64,000 bases of DNA, taken from the NCBI GenBank assembly GCA_964016885.1, contig OZ024747.1, forward strand, positions 40,982,001 to 41,046,000. Reading direction: 5' to 3'. Position 1 is the first letter of the stretch; each line of letters begins with the position of its first letter. Below the pieces are notes generated by a model that was not told where the DNA came from, made no database searches, and saw nothing but the letters and a program-made list of their open reading frames with translations. Source of the stretch: Eledone cirrhosa (taxonomy: Eukaryota). Position numbers and translations under genes: made by a program. Positions 14,154-28,177 of this stretch are shown here, piece by piece.

Positions 14154-15015
14154 AATAATGATGGCTGCGCGTTGCAAATGGTGGTGCATATGAAAAAGTA
14201 AGTCCTTCATCAGTGACCCTCCAACCGTCCCAGGCATTTCATCGCTTTAAGGGCCATATGCCTCAGGTTGGTGCGAACAACGGCTAAAAAAAGTCGTTGG
14301 GACACGTAAATAAAGGGGACGTTAGGGTAACAAACAAAAAGGTTTAAGCAACGGAAAGTGAGAAGAAATAGACAAGTCCCAGATCTCTATGAATATAAAC
14401 TCGGTGAAATCGTGAACAAGAGACAAAAGACCATCAAACCTGGTTGAAATGTGAGCAAGGAAAGAATTTCGCACAGGTCTAACGGGGGGGAAGAAGAAGA
14501 AGAAGAAGAAGAAGAAGAAGAAGAAGAAGAAGAAGAAGAAGAAAAAGAAGAAGAAGAAGAAGAAGAAGAAGAAGAAGAAGAAGAAGAAGAAGAAGAAGGG
14601 GTCTGGTCTACGAATTCGGTAAACATAAGTTTTGTGAAGTCGCAGACGAAAGAGAGAGAGAGAAAAAAATTTCATACCAGCTTGACCAAGACCGCGCGAG
14701 AAAAGAATTACACACAGGTCAAACTTGAAGGAGGAGGAGGAAAGAGGAGGAGGAGAGGTAGTGACAGAGAATGAGTGAGTGAAAGTTGAGGAGGAGGCTA
14801 ACAGAGAGAGAGACTGCTAGAAAGGGTAACAGGTACAAAGAACGAGAAAGGGTAAAAGGTACAAAGAACGAGAAAGGGTAAAAGGTACAAAGAACGAAAC
14901 AGACGAGTGGCAGCAGAAGAAAAATTATGTGTAAATATGATAATAATGATGGCTGCGCGTTGCAAATGGTGGTGCATATGAAAAAGTAAGTCCTTCATCA
15001 GTGACCCTCCAACCG
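14150..15015 (-). repeat. Family C repeat with direct terminal repeats and internal (GAA)n at 14490-14597
   Basis: 14150-14227 is repeated at 14938-15015; homologous to 16125-16620. Confidence 0.6.
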
Positions 15016-15017
15016 GA

Positions 15018-15270
15018 GAATGAATAATAACAGGTAGACATCATAAAAAGGTAATTTATTCCGTGTGCTTACAAGTGTTTCCACGGTGGTACTGCAGCCT
15101 AGTTATGCTACGTGCAAATTCACAAGTACTTGCAGAACTCAAATATCCAATGCTGTGACCACTGTTTCCTCAGAGCAGAATGGTTGTGTACCACAGTACC
15201 ACCGTGGAAACACTTGTAAGCACACGGAATAAATTACCTTTTTATGATGTCTACCTGTTATTATTCATTC
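15018..15270. repeat. Fold-back repeat (~78 bp arms) with hammerhead remnant
   Basis: 15018-15095 inverted at 15192-15270; GAAAC-actt-GTA-AGCA 3' half with a decayed 5' core. Confidence 0.55.
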
Positions 15271-15410
15271 TTTATATACACTCCGGAATACTGAAGGATC
15301 AGGAACTAAGTTTCTTCAACAATTCTTCCATAACTCGTAGAGTAACCTCTTACCGTACGTCAACCATATCCAGTGTAGTAATTAACCATTACTACATCTT
15401 GGATAATCCT

Positions 15411-15463
<53 letters not shown>

Positions 15464-15499
15464 AGGAAGTTATAGTTAACTTGAAGCATTGTGTAATGA

Positions 15500-15710
15500 G
15501 GTATAAACGTTTGTATTTGTAAAGCCAAAACAATGCAGGTATGGACAACTTTACTTCCCTCCGAAGAAGAGATATTATCTCGAAAATTAAGAATATTTAA
15601 ATCAATTTAAGGTAAAAGACTAATTGTCAACAATATCTTTTGCATTTGCATTTATATTCTATATCCATAGCTGCATTGTTTTTGCTTTACAAATACAAAC
15701 GTTTCTATAT
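15500..15710. repeat. Fold-back repeat (~45 bp arms) enclosing a hammerhead-like motif (15558-15612)
   Basis: CCT-CCGAAGA-a-GAGAT att ATCTC-GAAAA...TTA-AGG between inverted arms. Confidence 0.45.
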
Positions 15711-15721
15711 ATATATATTTC

Positions 15722-16122
15722 GTTTCTGAATTTGTTTACCAAGATTCTTTTTCTGATAACGTGTGTTGAAACCGATATCGTTATACTTTGGGAGGGTCAT
15801 GTTGCCAATAAGAAACATACGCACCAGTTGCTTTCACTTCAATTTATTATAAATTAAATTTATAAATTTAGGAATTTATAAATTTCAGGTTGGTTGGTTG
15901 GTTCCACAACAAGACGATTGTTCATATATTGTCAAAGTTCTTTCGTTACACGTTCTGTGACCTCTTCAGTGACTGGGGATTCTTTTCTTTGTTTTTGTGC
16001 CTCTCCTTTGTTCTGTCCTACGCCATCTTGTTTTTGTGTGTGTTGTGTGCTTAGTTTGCGCATGTGTTACATCCGGGTGTCTGTGTGTGTTTATATTTGT
16101 TTATTTATTTGTTTATTTACAT
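15722..16122 (-). mobile_element. PLE family B 3' terminus with hammerhead motif (15931-15973)
   Basis: Colinear with 13036-13450. Confidence 0.8.
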
Positions 16123-16124
16123 AA

Positions 16125-16806
<682 letters not shown>

Positions 16807-17818
16807 TATATATATATAAAGAAAAATACCATTCCATTCTACTAGATTTTACTAGAACAAATGTAACAGAAATTCATCCATCAGCTAATGTGTGTGCTCC
16901 TTAGTCATTGATTTTCTTATCTCCATTAACTATCTTTGATCTTCTAATATTCGCTGAGAGCATAAATATGTATTATCCAATTAGACTTCCTACCAAAGCA
17001 CATCTTGCAAATTAGTCTGGGATTTTCAACTAAGTTCTATATAGTAGTTTATATAAATAGTGTAGAGAAAGATATAGGTAGTTTTCTTCTTATCAACGAC
17101 CAATTAGCCATGATGCATCTAAAAGAAATGTCATGTTTTGTTTTGTACTTATAGAATAATTGAATTAATTTGATGGTTTTTTTCTTCTGTATGAAATTCT
17201 TAGTTGTAAAAAGGCATTATGTTCTTGTAGTTATGTTCTAAAGGTCAAGTGAGATAGCAAAAATATTCAAAATATTTAAATCAACTATTAGAAATCATTT
17301 GAACAAATTAACTTCGATTTCAGTAAAAAATTAACTCACCAGGTTACAAAAAACTGTGTCGAATGAGTTGTAAATGTCCAAAGACGCAAGTTGCTCATTT
17401 TATTTTTACGTACTAAGTTATGTAAAACATTCATAAAATGTAAATCAGTCGTTGAAAATCACTTGCAAATATTGTCTTCTGTCTCAGTTAAAGCAAAGAC
17501 ATGAGGCCTAAAAAATGGGCCGGATGAGTTGCCAGCCCCAAACCACTGAGTGGCAGGTATTTCTTTTTTTAAGAATTTTCTGATAAATGAAAATAATCGA
17601 CTCAGTCGTCACACAATTGCCAATTGTTGAGTAATCGTTGAGCTCACACACACAGATTCCTTCAACTGTAGTTATATTGGACTGTGGTTAGATGTTTAAA
17701 TGCTTCTATTGATTATGCTATTCTAAAGTGTACTCTTACTAAATTTTGTAAAATTATAGCTAGAAGCTCAAGTAATATTGTCGAATTAGATATGCCACTA
17801 ATATATATATAAATATAT

Positions 17819-18015
17819 ATAGGAAAATGTATGTCCCCGACGGCAGAACTCAAACCGTTTTGACGGCTATTTCTGGACTACAATCCAGAAATAGCCGTCG
17901 AAACGGCTTGAGCTCTGCCGTCGTTAAACGTTTTCTTATTACCCACTCTACTACCCTAAGTATTGAGTACTCTGGTGCGTTATGGTCCATCTGGTTCCTT
18001 ACCACACCTCCTTCG

Positions 18016-18019
<4 letters not shown>
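17819..18019. mobile_element. PLE family D fold-back mini-element
   Basis: Inverted gacggcagagctcaagccgtttcgacggcta arms, long arm ends ccttcgttat; in (TA)n. Confidence 0.8.
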
Positions 18020-18105
<86 letters not shown>

Positions 18106-18189
18106 GTAAGTATGCATGTATACGTACATACATATATGTAAGTGCCATACTAAGAGTGAGAAATGAAATTTCGTTTTCATTTTGTTTCA

Positions 18190-18221
<32 letters not shown>

Positions 18222-18544
18222 CAGGGCCCCTGCAAATGGATTTTGTTGATTTCGGCTTTACAGAAACCTAGTGGAGATGTTATATAATATTATGTAATAT
18301 ATCCACGATGGTCCAGGTAATTGTCAAACATTTCCCTGAGTCGGTTTTTTTTCGTTGTTCTGGTCCTAGCTGCTCGCATTTCGGTCGCTGTCTTCAATTT
18401 GCATAGCTGTCTAACTATGTTATAACTAAAGATGTTATAACTCTAAGGTAAAATTCCTTATTGAGTGCTTTTGGTTGCACTTCCCGACACCATTCATTAG
18501 CTTGCCCGCAACCAGAGCTTCGATTATGGTGTACTAACTTCTTG

Positions 18545-18572
<28 letters not shown>

Positions 18573-18575
<3 letters not shown>

Positions 18576-18700
18576 ACGGAGGAAATGTGGTAAGGAACCA
18601 GGTGGACCATAACGCACCAAAGTACTCAATACTTAGGGTAGTCCAGAATTAGCCGTCGAAACAGCTTGAGCTCAGCCGTCGGGGTCCTACTCGTTCCTAT
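18573..18700. mobile_element. PLE family D mini-element (two outward-facing ends)
   Basis: Long-arm tail on the minus strand joined to a short arm on the plus strand; (TA)n on both sides. Confidence 0.75.
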
Positions 18701-19046
18701 ATATATATATATATATATATATACTAGCAGTATAGCCCGGCGTTGCTCGGGTTTGTTCATTTGCTATGAAAAGTTACATGCAGGTAAACGTGGCTTGAAA
18801 GCGAATAAGCTTATCAATTAAGTGCATAAAGCAGTGGAACAGGTTATTAAAAGTTACGAACCAATTAGCATTTTGGACAATCAATGATGGGTTAATAATC
18901 TTCCAATAGCGAATTTAGCAGACCAAAGTTGCAAGATGGCGGCCCTGATGCCGCTGGGTGTCACATCTGTCCGTCATGGGTGACCCTACCAGGAAATAGT
19001 TTTCCAGACGGCATAGCTCCAACACCTCCAACACCTGCACCAACAT

Positions 19047-21900
19047 CTATAGCACCTCTTTGTAGACGATATTGCGTGTCATTCCTTGAGGAGTGTAAGC
19101 AAAAAGTGCATTCCTGCTCCCTACGTGGGAACAGGCAACATAAAGTTGACCATGGGAGAAGCATGGCTCCCCCAAATGGATGCCCGCCACTGACAATGTT
19201 TGCCCTTGTGACTTGTTAATGGACATGGCAAAACATGGTCTCATCGGGAATTGGGATCGCCGGAAATCAAACGGGATACCTGACGCCGAGGGGAAAAGGT
19301 TCATCCTTGGAATGAAAACATTCTCCCCTCTCCCGCACCCCGTTACAACGGTGGCCCCAATCAAGTGGGGCGTCATTGACTTGACGACCATGCGAGTACC
19401 GTTGCACTGCTTTGGTGGGCGCAAGTTCCTTATTAGCATAATGAGACAGCCAATCCAAAGAATGTGAGGTGGGAGCCCTGGACGCTCAAGGGAATTTAAT
19501 AACTCAACCGGATAATTAACGATATCGTCGGGGTCTGACGTCCGGTCGATAGATTTGAAGATGTGCTCTTTACCGGGAATTTTCTCAATCAGCTGCTCGT
19601 TAATAAAATTAACCATGCCATTTTTCGGAGCAAGGATGGCTCTTTCGCTGAGCCAATCGAAGTTTTTAAAGTTAGATTAGACATTAGGAAAAACTGCCTC
19701 CCAAAGGTCAGAAGGGCTGCTCACAATGTTGCACAGGGAGTCGATTGATATGCCGCCCTTATCATCCGCAGGGACCTTGCCCTCACCAAGTGCTAAAATG
19801 TTCTGAGCAAATGCTGCAGACATGTTGTCACTGTGCAAATGATCACGCATATTTATGCTCAGGTACAAAGTCTTCACCTGAGGCCACAACGTTGACGACT
19901 TAAGGCAGGCACGCACTTCATCAGCTCTTGTCCCTTTGGGGATGACATGGAGCGTTTGCCGAAAATCCCCTGATAGCAGAAGGGTTACGCCACCCATAGG
20001 AGCCGTAGAATCCCTAATGTCTTTCAGGGTCCTGTCCAATGCCTCAAGGGCACCCTTGTGTGCCATTGTGCACTAATCCCAAACAATGAGGCAATATTTT
20101 TTGAGAACCAGAGCCTCGTGTGAGCTCTTGCTGATATTGCATGTTGGTGTCTCAGTCTTTACTAAATCCAAGGGGAGTTTAAAGGTTGAATGTACTGTCC
20201 TGCCTCTCGGCAGCAAAGTAGCAGCGATCCCGGACGATGCAACGGCCAACGCAATTTGTTTCTCCTGACGAATCTTAGGGGGAATCAATTTTGTTACAAA
20301 AGTTTTTCCGGTACCCCAGGAGCATCGGGAAAGTAAATACCCCCAGTCTGATTTTGAACCGCGTCAATGATAGTTAAATAGGCCAACCTTTGGTCCGACA
20401 GACGTTTGGGCTCATTTTCCTCTAAGTATTAGAAAAGAGATTCGATGTCTAATGCTGTTTCCCGCAACAAATCCGGAGCCAACGTGTTAGCTTCATCTGT
20501 GACGGTTGACGGCATGCCATACGTCGCCAACTCACTCCCACACATGTCGAGGAGGGGCGTCCTCGATATCAATGAGTGCCCTGTTGTAGATAATGCCGCT
20601 GTAAGCAACTTCCACTGAAGGATACTGCAGATGAGCCAGGCGCAGGAAATCCTCAGACATGAAGTCTCTGTACTTGACCCATAAAGATTTGGGATCACCC
20701 AATTCACACTTTTGAAGCAAAATGGCGAAGAGTTCCCGTAGACCTTTAGGTGATTTCAACAAAGCACGCTCTGCTAAAGTGGAATCCCATTACGAATCAT
20801 CTTCCAAAAGACCACGCTTAAAGCAGGCTTTCCGGTACGTATCACATATTTCTCCATCAACAGTTTTGAGGTCCTGAAAACTTTGAGGGCCTACAACTTC
20901 ATGCAGAAGAAGGCGAAGATAAAAGCACTCATGCTGACTTGGGGGCACAGTGTAAACCCTTCCAAGACAGCTGTCAAATTTTACACCAGGATGTCTTTCA
21001 ACAGCCTGACCTGACTTTCTTCGCACCCAAGTGTTTTTCGACCATATAAAGTCGGATGGAACCTGGGGGTACACAATTGTTTGCGCAAATGTATCGAACT
21101 GGCAAAGTTTGAAGAAACCTGTCAGAGTGGTCTCTTTCGGATCGGCGGCCAGCTTGGCGGCGGTTTGGTCCGTAAAGTAAACCCTTTGCCCATTTTCCAA
21201 ATGTACCGCAAGCTGTACGATGGCGGCGTGCCGTTGGTGTAGGGGGAAACCAAATAGGCGCCAAAAAGCTTCATTGCTACTGATGTACCGCCCCGCCAGG
21301 CATTCTGTGACCTCATCAGAGGCCTTATTTACATATTTGCATATGTATTTTATAGACTTGACGGAGTTGCAACTCAACGTTGATGTGGGTGTTGAACATC
21401 TTCAAGAGAAGCGGGCAGTAAGGGACCACTCATCTATTGTCGACTTGACCTCCCCTTGCTGTTGTGGTGAAGCCACCGTTCTCGGGCCGTCTCTGCCTGT
21501 ACAGGGGGTACCCATCGCCACCAGTCTGAGTATCGTCAACAAATATTTGGGAGTATCCCTTACTGCACGACCCTCCTTTCAGACATTAGGACCCGAGGCA
21601 CACGGACCATGTTAGCTTTGACGATGTCATGTAATTCCTGGTCAGTTGCTGGGTTAGGGATTTCAGCCGAAATGAAGCTGTCTATGGCATTTGAATTGAT
21701 TTTATCAGCTAACCAAATCAAAATGTGAGCATGTGGCAGCCCTCGTTTTTGCCATTCGACGGTGAACATATCACATTTTACAGCCCCAAATACCTGACCT
21801 TTTTTATTAAAGCCATGAGTTTAGCCAGTTTCAGTCTGAACACTCTGGCAATGAGGTCATGTCTGTTCGAATAATTTTGCCCGGGAAAAAGCTCACGGGT
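19047..21900 (-). pseudogene. Helitron RepHel (HUH/Y2 Rep and PIF1-like helicase), many frameshifts and stops
   Basis: VEWQKRGLPHAHILIW, KYICKYVNK, disrupted Walker A GTGKTF, IVWD, GDFRQ, FAMSINKSQGQT, HGQLYVACS. Confidence 0.92.
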
Positions 21901-22434
21901 TACATTCCGATTCATATGTCTATAGCGTTAATCTGTTATATGAAGTGTTATTTTGCGGGTTGTTATTTGCAATAAGCCGATTGAAAATGCCCCAGATAAG
22001 CCGTATGCCAATACGGAACGCTCAATACGGAATTCTCCACTGTAGTGTTGTCATATAGGGAGTGAAGAATGTCAGAGAGAGTAAAGCAATTAAATTATAG
22101 AGAGGTCGTTATTGTTACGTTTGTTGTTTTATAAATTCATCTGTTGCTTTTGAATATTTGTTATTTGATGTAAAATGTAAGTGTGTAAAATGTAACGTTG
22201 ATAGAGCAGTATGTATTTAGTGTTATCGGCTTTTTAAATGTTGATATTTGATGTATGAGTGTCGTTATGACTGTAGAGAGGGGGAATAATCTATTGTAGA
22301 GAGAGAGAAGAGCGACGGAGAGAGTAAAGCTATGGTTGTTGTTTGCTTAGGTTTCAAAGTTTGTGTTGCGTTCCTTCAAAAGAAGTTTTGTGGTTCTAAA
22401 TTGTAATGTTGATAGGGTAGTAGACGGAGGCAGT

Positions 22435-22566
22435 AACCTTTTAAAGAGAGTTGCAGAGGAGATTGAGGGGGGGGGAGTAGAGAGAGTTATGAACCTTTTA
22501 AAGAGAGTTGCAGAGGAGATTGAGAGTGGAGTAGAGGAAAATATGAACCTTTTAAAGAGAGTTGCA
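22435..22566. repeat. Minisatellite within the Helitron (~55 bp unit, about 2.4 copies)
   Basis: aaccttttaaagagagttgca occurs three times. Confidence 0.75.
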
Positions 22567-22832
22567 ACATGTATGTAGTTTCATATATTTTTTATGGTAG
22601 TACTGAGAGGAATGAAGCATGTAAGAGAGAGAGTTACATCATGTATTTATTTGTATCGATTTTTTTCATAGAAGCAGGACATTTTTGACAAAAATAATTA
22701 CGTGTTGACCTGACCTAGTAAATTTGGAGCACATTGGAAAATAATTCATCAAAATCAGTAGAGAAATGTGGAAATACATGAAAATCATACACACACACAG
22801 ACAGACATCTACCGGTTTACATATATATATAT

Positions 22833-23603
22833 ATATTCAAATCGTAAGGGACCAAGTTTGCTGGGGTGAAAGATTACTAACTATTAACAATATGGTTTGC
22901 CAGGCTCAATTTAAAATAATAAATCAAGAAAAACCTATATTGGGCAACTGCCGGAACACCCAGACAGCTTTGGTTAGCTGTTTCGCAATTTTAGCGACGG
23001 AAATTACCAATTCTTTGCTCATCAATGGGTGTAAAATTCCTTCACTTCAAAGTATCTCAGAAGACTGAATAGTGTGCGAATATAAAATAACGCACATGGC
23101 ATCAGAACCTAGCGTGTCTCATAAACGAACGCTACTAAAAATAGCAGCCAAGTTTACACGACATTTAAATGAGCTCAACAAAGTTTGAAGAAGCCGACTC
23201 TATCAAAGTTATATATTGAGTTAGAAACTCAAAATAGTCTCTCACAATTAAATAGCTCAAAGAAAGAGGTTTTTCTGAGCTGTGTAATATAATTGAATAT
23301 AAAAGAGATTGCGAAACCAGTCAACCAAATCTGTCTGGGTGTTCCGGCAGTTGCCCAATATAGGTTTGTATTTCTTTTACTTGATTTATTACTTTAAATT
23401 GAGTCTGGGAAACCATATTGTTAATATTTAGTATTTTTTCACCCTAGTGAACTTGGTCCCTTACGATTTGAACACATGTATATTTATATCTACCTTTATC
23501 TCTCTTTTATATTCAATTATATTACACGGCTCAGAAAAACCTCTTTCTTTGAGCTATTTAATTGTAAGAGACTATTTTGAGTTTCTAACTCAATATATAC
23601 CTT

Positions 23604-23608
<5 letters not shown>
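22833..23608. mobile_element. Family G double fold-back element carrying a hammerhead
   Basis: 22835-22990 inverted at 23308-23472; 23200-23308 inverted at 23500-23608. Confidence 0.7.
22956..23032 (-). ncRNA. Type I hammerhead ribozyme (U3.G8 wobble)
   Basis: ACACCCA-TTGATGA-GCAA...TTGC-GAAAC-AGCT aaccaa AGCT-GTC-TGGGTGT. Confidence 0.7.
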
Positions 23609-23660
<52 letters not shown>

Positions 23661-23664
<4 letters not shown>

Positions 23665-23801
23665 AAAGACGTAAAATAAGAAAATTTTAAAAAAAATTTT
23701 TAAAAATTAACTTACTTACTTAAATTGGAGTGAAAATTTAAGTAAGTAAGTTAATTTTTTAAAAATATTTTTAAAATTTTCTTATTTTACGTCTTTTATA
23801 T
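23661..23801. repeat. Near-perfect AT-rich palindrome, same family as 25543-25830
   Basis: gacgtaaaataagaaaat...cttacttact arms inverted around ttggagtgaa. Confidence 0.75.
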
Positions 23802-23912
23802 TATTGTTCTGCATCCTCCTGCATTGAACCACCTAGGTACTATGACATAACCTGTGTATTTGCTGGCATTAGCGTACATCTGTGCGCTTATGTTAGTAGA
23901 TATATTAAATTA

Positions 23913-23946
<34 letters not shown>

Positions 23947-25308
23947 GTTAAGGGCCGAAACACTCGCTTGAGTGGGATTTCTTTTCTGAAGACCTTCTGC
24001 TGTCCAGGTCTCCTGAGAGTTTCTTATCCCAATATATATATACAGTATATATATATGTGTATATATATATATGTGTGGGGGGGGGGGGTATGTGTGTGTG
24101 TGTGCCTGTGTTTAGTGTGTTTGTCTATATATATGGTTGTATACATGTGTGTGTATGTGTGTGTACGTTAGCATGTATGTTATATATGAAGGTAGGAATT
24201 GTAAGAATAATCTGAACGAAGAGCATTGAAACGGAATTGTAAGTAATAATAAAGAATATAGCTACAACAAGATGAGTATAAATTGTTTGAGAAAGAGACG
24301 CTAAAAAGCTACAGAGCTGAGGAATTGAAGTTACCCAACAGATAACTGCAACGGAAAGTGAAAGAAACCAATGCTATTAACCTCAGATAATGATTGATAA
24401 TGTCGATATAATCATAAGAATGTTGTAATTATGTGAAAGAACAGCAACGCAAAAGATAGATTGTAAAGAAAGTATTTGCGTACAATGGTCCGATACAAAT
24501 TTAGAAAGGAAATAGAGGAAGATGTACGTAAAGCTATCTACAATAAATATAGCTGTCGATATGAAATAAGGGTAGGTGAACTCTAGGGGTATAATCAACC
24601 GCTCTTGGACACAAACTAAAATAATTTTTTTTTTAAATAGTGCAGATTTATATAACAAAGATTTATATGCTAGCGAATATATTACTCAAAAATAAACAAC
24701 TAAATAAATGAAGATATAAAAACAACTGCACATACGGAAAAATACTTATATACAAAGACTTTTATAGAAATATTTATACGATGGATATAGATAAGAATGT
24801 TCATCGTAAGTAACAGATGCTCCCTATGATTCTCCTTTATCGCTAGCTGAAGCGTTCCACCTTTCTTTCAGTATACATATACTCGTCTATTATACACTTT
24901 GGCGATAAAACTTTTTTTTTTCTAAAAACCGTTTATTACTTTTCCCTTTATTACATAGCACGCGCGAGTTTACACTTATGGGGATTCTTGTTAAGTATAT
25001 CTCACATTTTGGTTTTGTAGGTTTGCGTCAATATATATATATTAAATATTGGGTTATGTTTATGTATATATTAGTAGTGCTACCTGGCGGCGTTTCTGGG
25101 TGTCGAATGGCTAGAGATTTTGTTTTAATGTTTAGTAAATCTAAGTGGCTTAGCTTATACCATGATTCCATAAGAGTTTTGAAGACATACACCTATTAAC
25201 AAACACACTTACAGTCTCCGTGACACACACAGACACACATGCACTGCCTCACAATTACTGATGCACACGCACACACACACGTGCGTGTATATATATATAT
25301 ATATATAT

Positions 25309-25498
25309 GAACAAGTATGACCCCGACGGCAGAGCTCAACCCGTTTCGACGGCTAATTCTGGACTCAGAATTAGCCGTCGAAACGGCTTGAGCTCTGCCG
25401 TCGGGGTCATACTTGTTCCTATTACCCACTCTACTACCCTAAGTATTGAGTACTTTGGTGGGTTATGGTCCATCTGGTTCCTTACCACATTTCCTTCG

Positions 25499-25502
<4 letters not shown>
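25309..25502. mobile_element. PLE family D fold-back mini-element
   Basis: ~53 bp inverted arms plus tail ending ccttcgttat; in (TA)n. Confidence 0.8.
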
Positions 25503-25544
<42 letters not shown>

Positions 25545-25599
25545 CGTAAAATAAGAAAATGTAAAAAAATTAAAAATCAACTTACTTACTAAAATGTTC

Positions 25600-25685
25600 A
25601 CTCCAACTAATTAGTTTCTGTAATGGGATAAAAATAGTTACATAATATATATAACTATAGAGAATTCATTACGTCATCAGGGAGT
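25600..25685 (-). ncRNA. Type I hammerhead ribozyme, canonical core, palindromic stem III
   Basis: ACTCC-CTGATGA-c GTAATG...CATTAC a-GAAAC-TAATTA-GTT-GGAGT. Confidence 0.7.
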
Positions 25686-25849
25686 CTATTCTCAGCTAAG
25701 TTCCCAGGCAATGCGCGGACACTAGGAACCCATATAAAAATAATAATTCAGTAGATGGAATGAAGCTAGCGAGGACTAAATTCCGGAACACTGAAAAAAT
25801 TTCACTGCCTCTAATGTACTAATTCTCTCTCTCTATATATATATATATA

Positions 25850-26072
25850 TCAATGATATTAATAAATGGAATCTATATTTATAAAACCATATTTATTCTA
25901 TTATATATATTTCAAGGGTACATATAATAGAATAAATAGGGTTTTATAAATATAGTTTCCATTTATTAATATCATTGGTATTATACTCCAGAAAAATACA
26001 GTCGAGTGCTTCGAATCTGTTATAAATATATATATTTGTTGAATTACCAACAAATAAAATATCCCTTTGCTT
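25850..26072. mobile_element. PLE family E fold-back mini-element
   Basis: Homologous to the terminal repeat at 57626-57778; arms 25851-25907 and 25922-25977 inverted. Confidence 0.7.
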
Positions 26073-26088
26073 ATATATATATATATAT

Positions 26089-28119
26089 ATAACGCATGAA
26101 TTGTGGTAAGGAATCAGATGGACCATAACGCACCAGAGTACTCAATACTTTGGGTAGTAGAGTGGGTAATAGGAAAAGATATGACCCCGACGGCAGAACT
26201 CAAGCGGTTTCGACGGCTATTTCTGGACTAAATTAAAATGTTTAGCCTGGTAAATAAATAGCCGAACTTGTCAAGGGGTACTTCCTTATATGGGAAGATT
26301 GTAGTTGTCAAGAGGATTAGTCAAAATTTGTTGTTAACACAAATAAATCTGTGGCTTCCGGGAGGAAATATCCTTTTATCCACCTCCCCTTAGCGGAACC
26401 AGCAGGCGACACCGCCGCTCACGCAACGTAACGTGGTTCAATCCTCCCCACAATGCCGAGGTGGCAACACTTATCGGGAAAATCTTCTTTAGGCTCATCG
26501 AAAAACACTTCCCACTCTACAACACCGCAACCACAACATAATCAACAAAAACACCATCAACCTCACCTACAGCACCACACCTAACTTCGCATAAAACATC
26601 GTCTCCTCAAACAGCAAAAAACTCAATCCCTATGGAAGAAACAACCTAGACATCAGTGGAGAGCCGACCAGGAAGTGTAACTGCCCTGATGGATCTATGT
26701 GCCCCCTCAACAACAGATGCCGAGAACGTAACGTGATCTACCAATGCAACGTGAGGACAGACACCTCCAACAAAGCGTATATAGGATTAACCGCTTGTGA
26801 CTTCAAGACCCAGCTCTACCAACACCGACATAGTTTCCGAAACCCGGTCCGGCGACATGCCACTACACTTTCGGGCCACATCTGGGACCTCAAAGATAAT
26901 AATATAACCTACAATCTCACTTGGAGCTTACTGTCCAGAGCCAACTCTCACACGGGAGGACGCCGTCCGTGTAACTTATGCTCGGAGGAAACATTACAAA
27001 TGCTGTTTTCGAAGAACCAACTCCTAAACAAGATGCAAACACAGATTGCGTAGGACCTACCTCGCCCTCAAACCCCATAACCACCCGAGTGGGTAGACAA
27101 GGTCTGATGCCCCCACTTGTCGAATAAGTAACGGGAAACCCCAGCTTACATAGGTAGACGCACCTCTTTTCTTTTCCTCTGTTTTCTTCTCCCCCCCCCC
27201 CCCCCCGTCTCATCCTATCACTTCCTTCCACCCGCGATCTTCTTCCTAGTCTGTTTTCCCCCTTTCGCCTACCCCGATGCAGCCCATCAGTCCACTGTAG
27301 CCTCAGCACCCCACCCCTGTAATTTTAAGATAGAATTGTCCGATTAGGCTTTACTAACTATTTATCGCAGATGTGTTAGACCCCTGTAATTTTGTATTTT
27401 TTTTGTTACTACTCCAATTCTACTATTTCAAAATTTCTTATTTAGTATTTTCTATTCTCAACTTATTACCTGTAATTGTAAGATAGCATTGGCTGATTAC
27501 GCTTTACTAACTATTTATAGCAGCTGTGTTAGACCCTCTGAAAAGTTTGCATTATATTTTTCACTACCCACTTCTACAATTTCTTATTTAGTATTTTCCA
27601 TTCTCAACTTATTAAACTTTTCTATAGCTTTGCCGTACAAGCAACACCTACTAATTATAGCAGCTGTTTCTAGACTCTACTGTTGTTGTTTTTTTATTCA
27701 TTTCTCACTATCTAATTTTTTTATATATATTTTTTTTATTTTCATTGTCTCCTACTCCCATTCGACTTACCTATTCTTTAAACCCCCCTTCTCCTTTTTC
27801 TCCAGAAAAATTTTTCGACTTTTCCTACACTATCCTTAGAATCTGCTGTGTAGATTTCACTTTCAACGCCTGACTGTCTTTACTCACTCCCTCATTGTGC
27901 TACAGGGAAGTTCAGCCACCCCTACCTCCCACCAAATGGCATGATAGATTTATTTGTGTTTACAACAAATTTTGACCAATCCTCTTCACAACTACAATCT
28001 TCCCATAAAAGGAAGTACCCCTTGACAAGTTCCGCTATTTATTTACCAGGCTAAAAATTCTAATTTAATCCAGAAATAGCAGTCGAAACGGCTTGAGCTC
28101 TGCCGTCGGGGTCATACCT

Positions 28120-28125
<6 letters not shown>
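26089..28125 (+). mobile_element. 5' truncated Naiad-like PLE (family D) with inverted terminal repeats
   Basis: RNVTWFNPP...IGKIFF.LIEKHFP, CNC...CPLNNRC...VIY...AYIG...FKT..YQH...TTLSGHIW...CNLC.EE (26420-27050); 26175-26350 inverted at 27945-28122. Confidence 0.88.
28017..28112 (+). ncRNA. Type I hammerhead ribozyme, U3-A8 variant (second copy 26184-26279 on minus)
   Basis: ACCCC-TTGACAA-G..GCTATTT...AAATAGC..C-GAAACGGC ttgagctct GCCGTC-GGGGT. Confidence 0.78.

Positions 28126-28177
<52 letters not shown>

Larger units (their letters stand above)
18724..22820 (-). mobile_element. Helitron, internally deleted
   Basis: Minus-strand 3' end CCCG agcaacgc CGGG hairpin then CTAG|T; RepHel remnants; 5' region tgtctgtctgtgtgtg next to (TA)n resembles the Helitron start at 63473. 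Confidence 0.9.

Noticed and set aside
17341-17670. Candidate further GPCR exon on minus (donor-like CTG|GTGAGT; VEG-containing frame)
   Set aside because: No frame resembles class B TM3-TM7.
17819-25502. Palindromic mini-elements as MITEs
   Set aside because: Their arms match termini of RT/GIY-YIG elements, contain hammerhead halves and are asymmetric.
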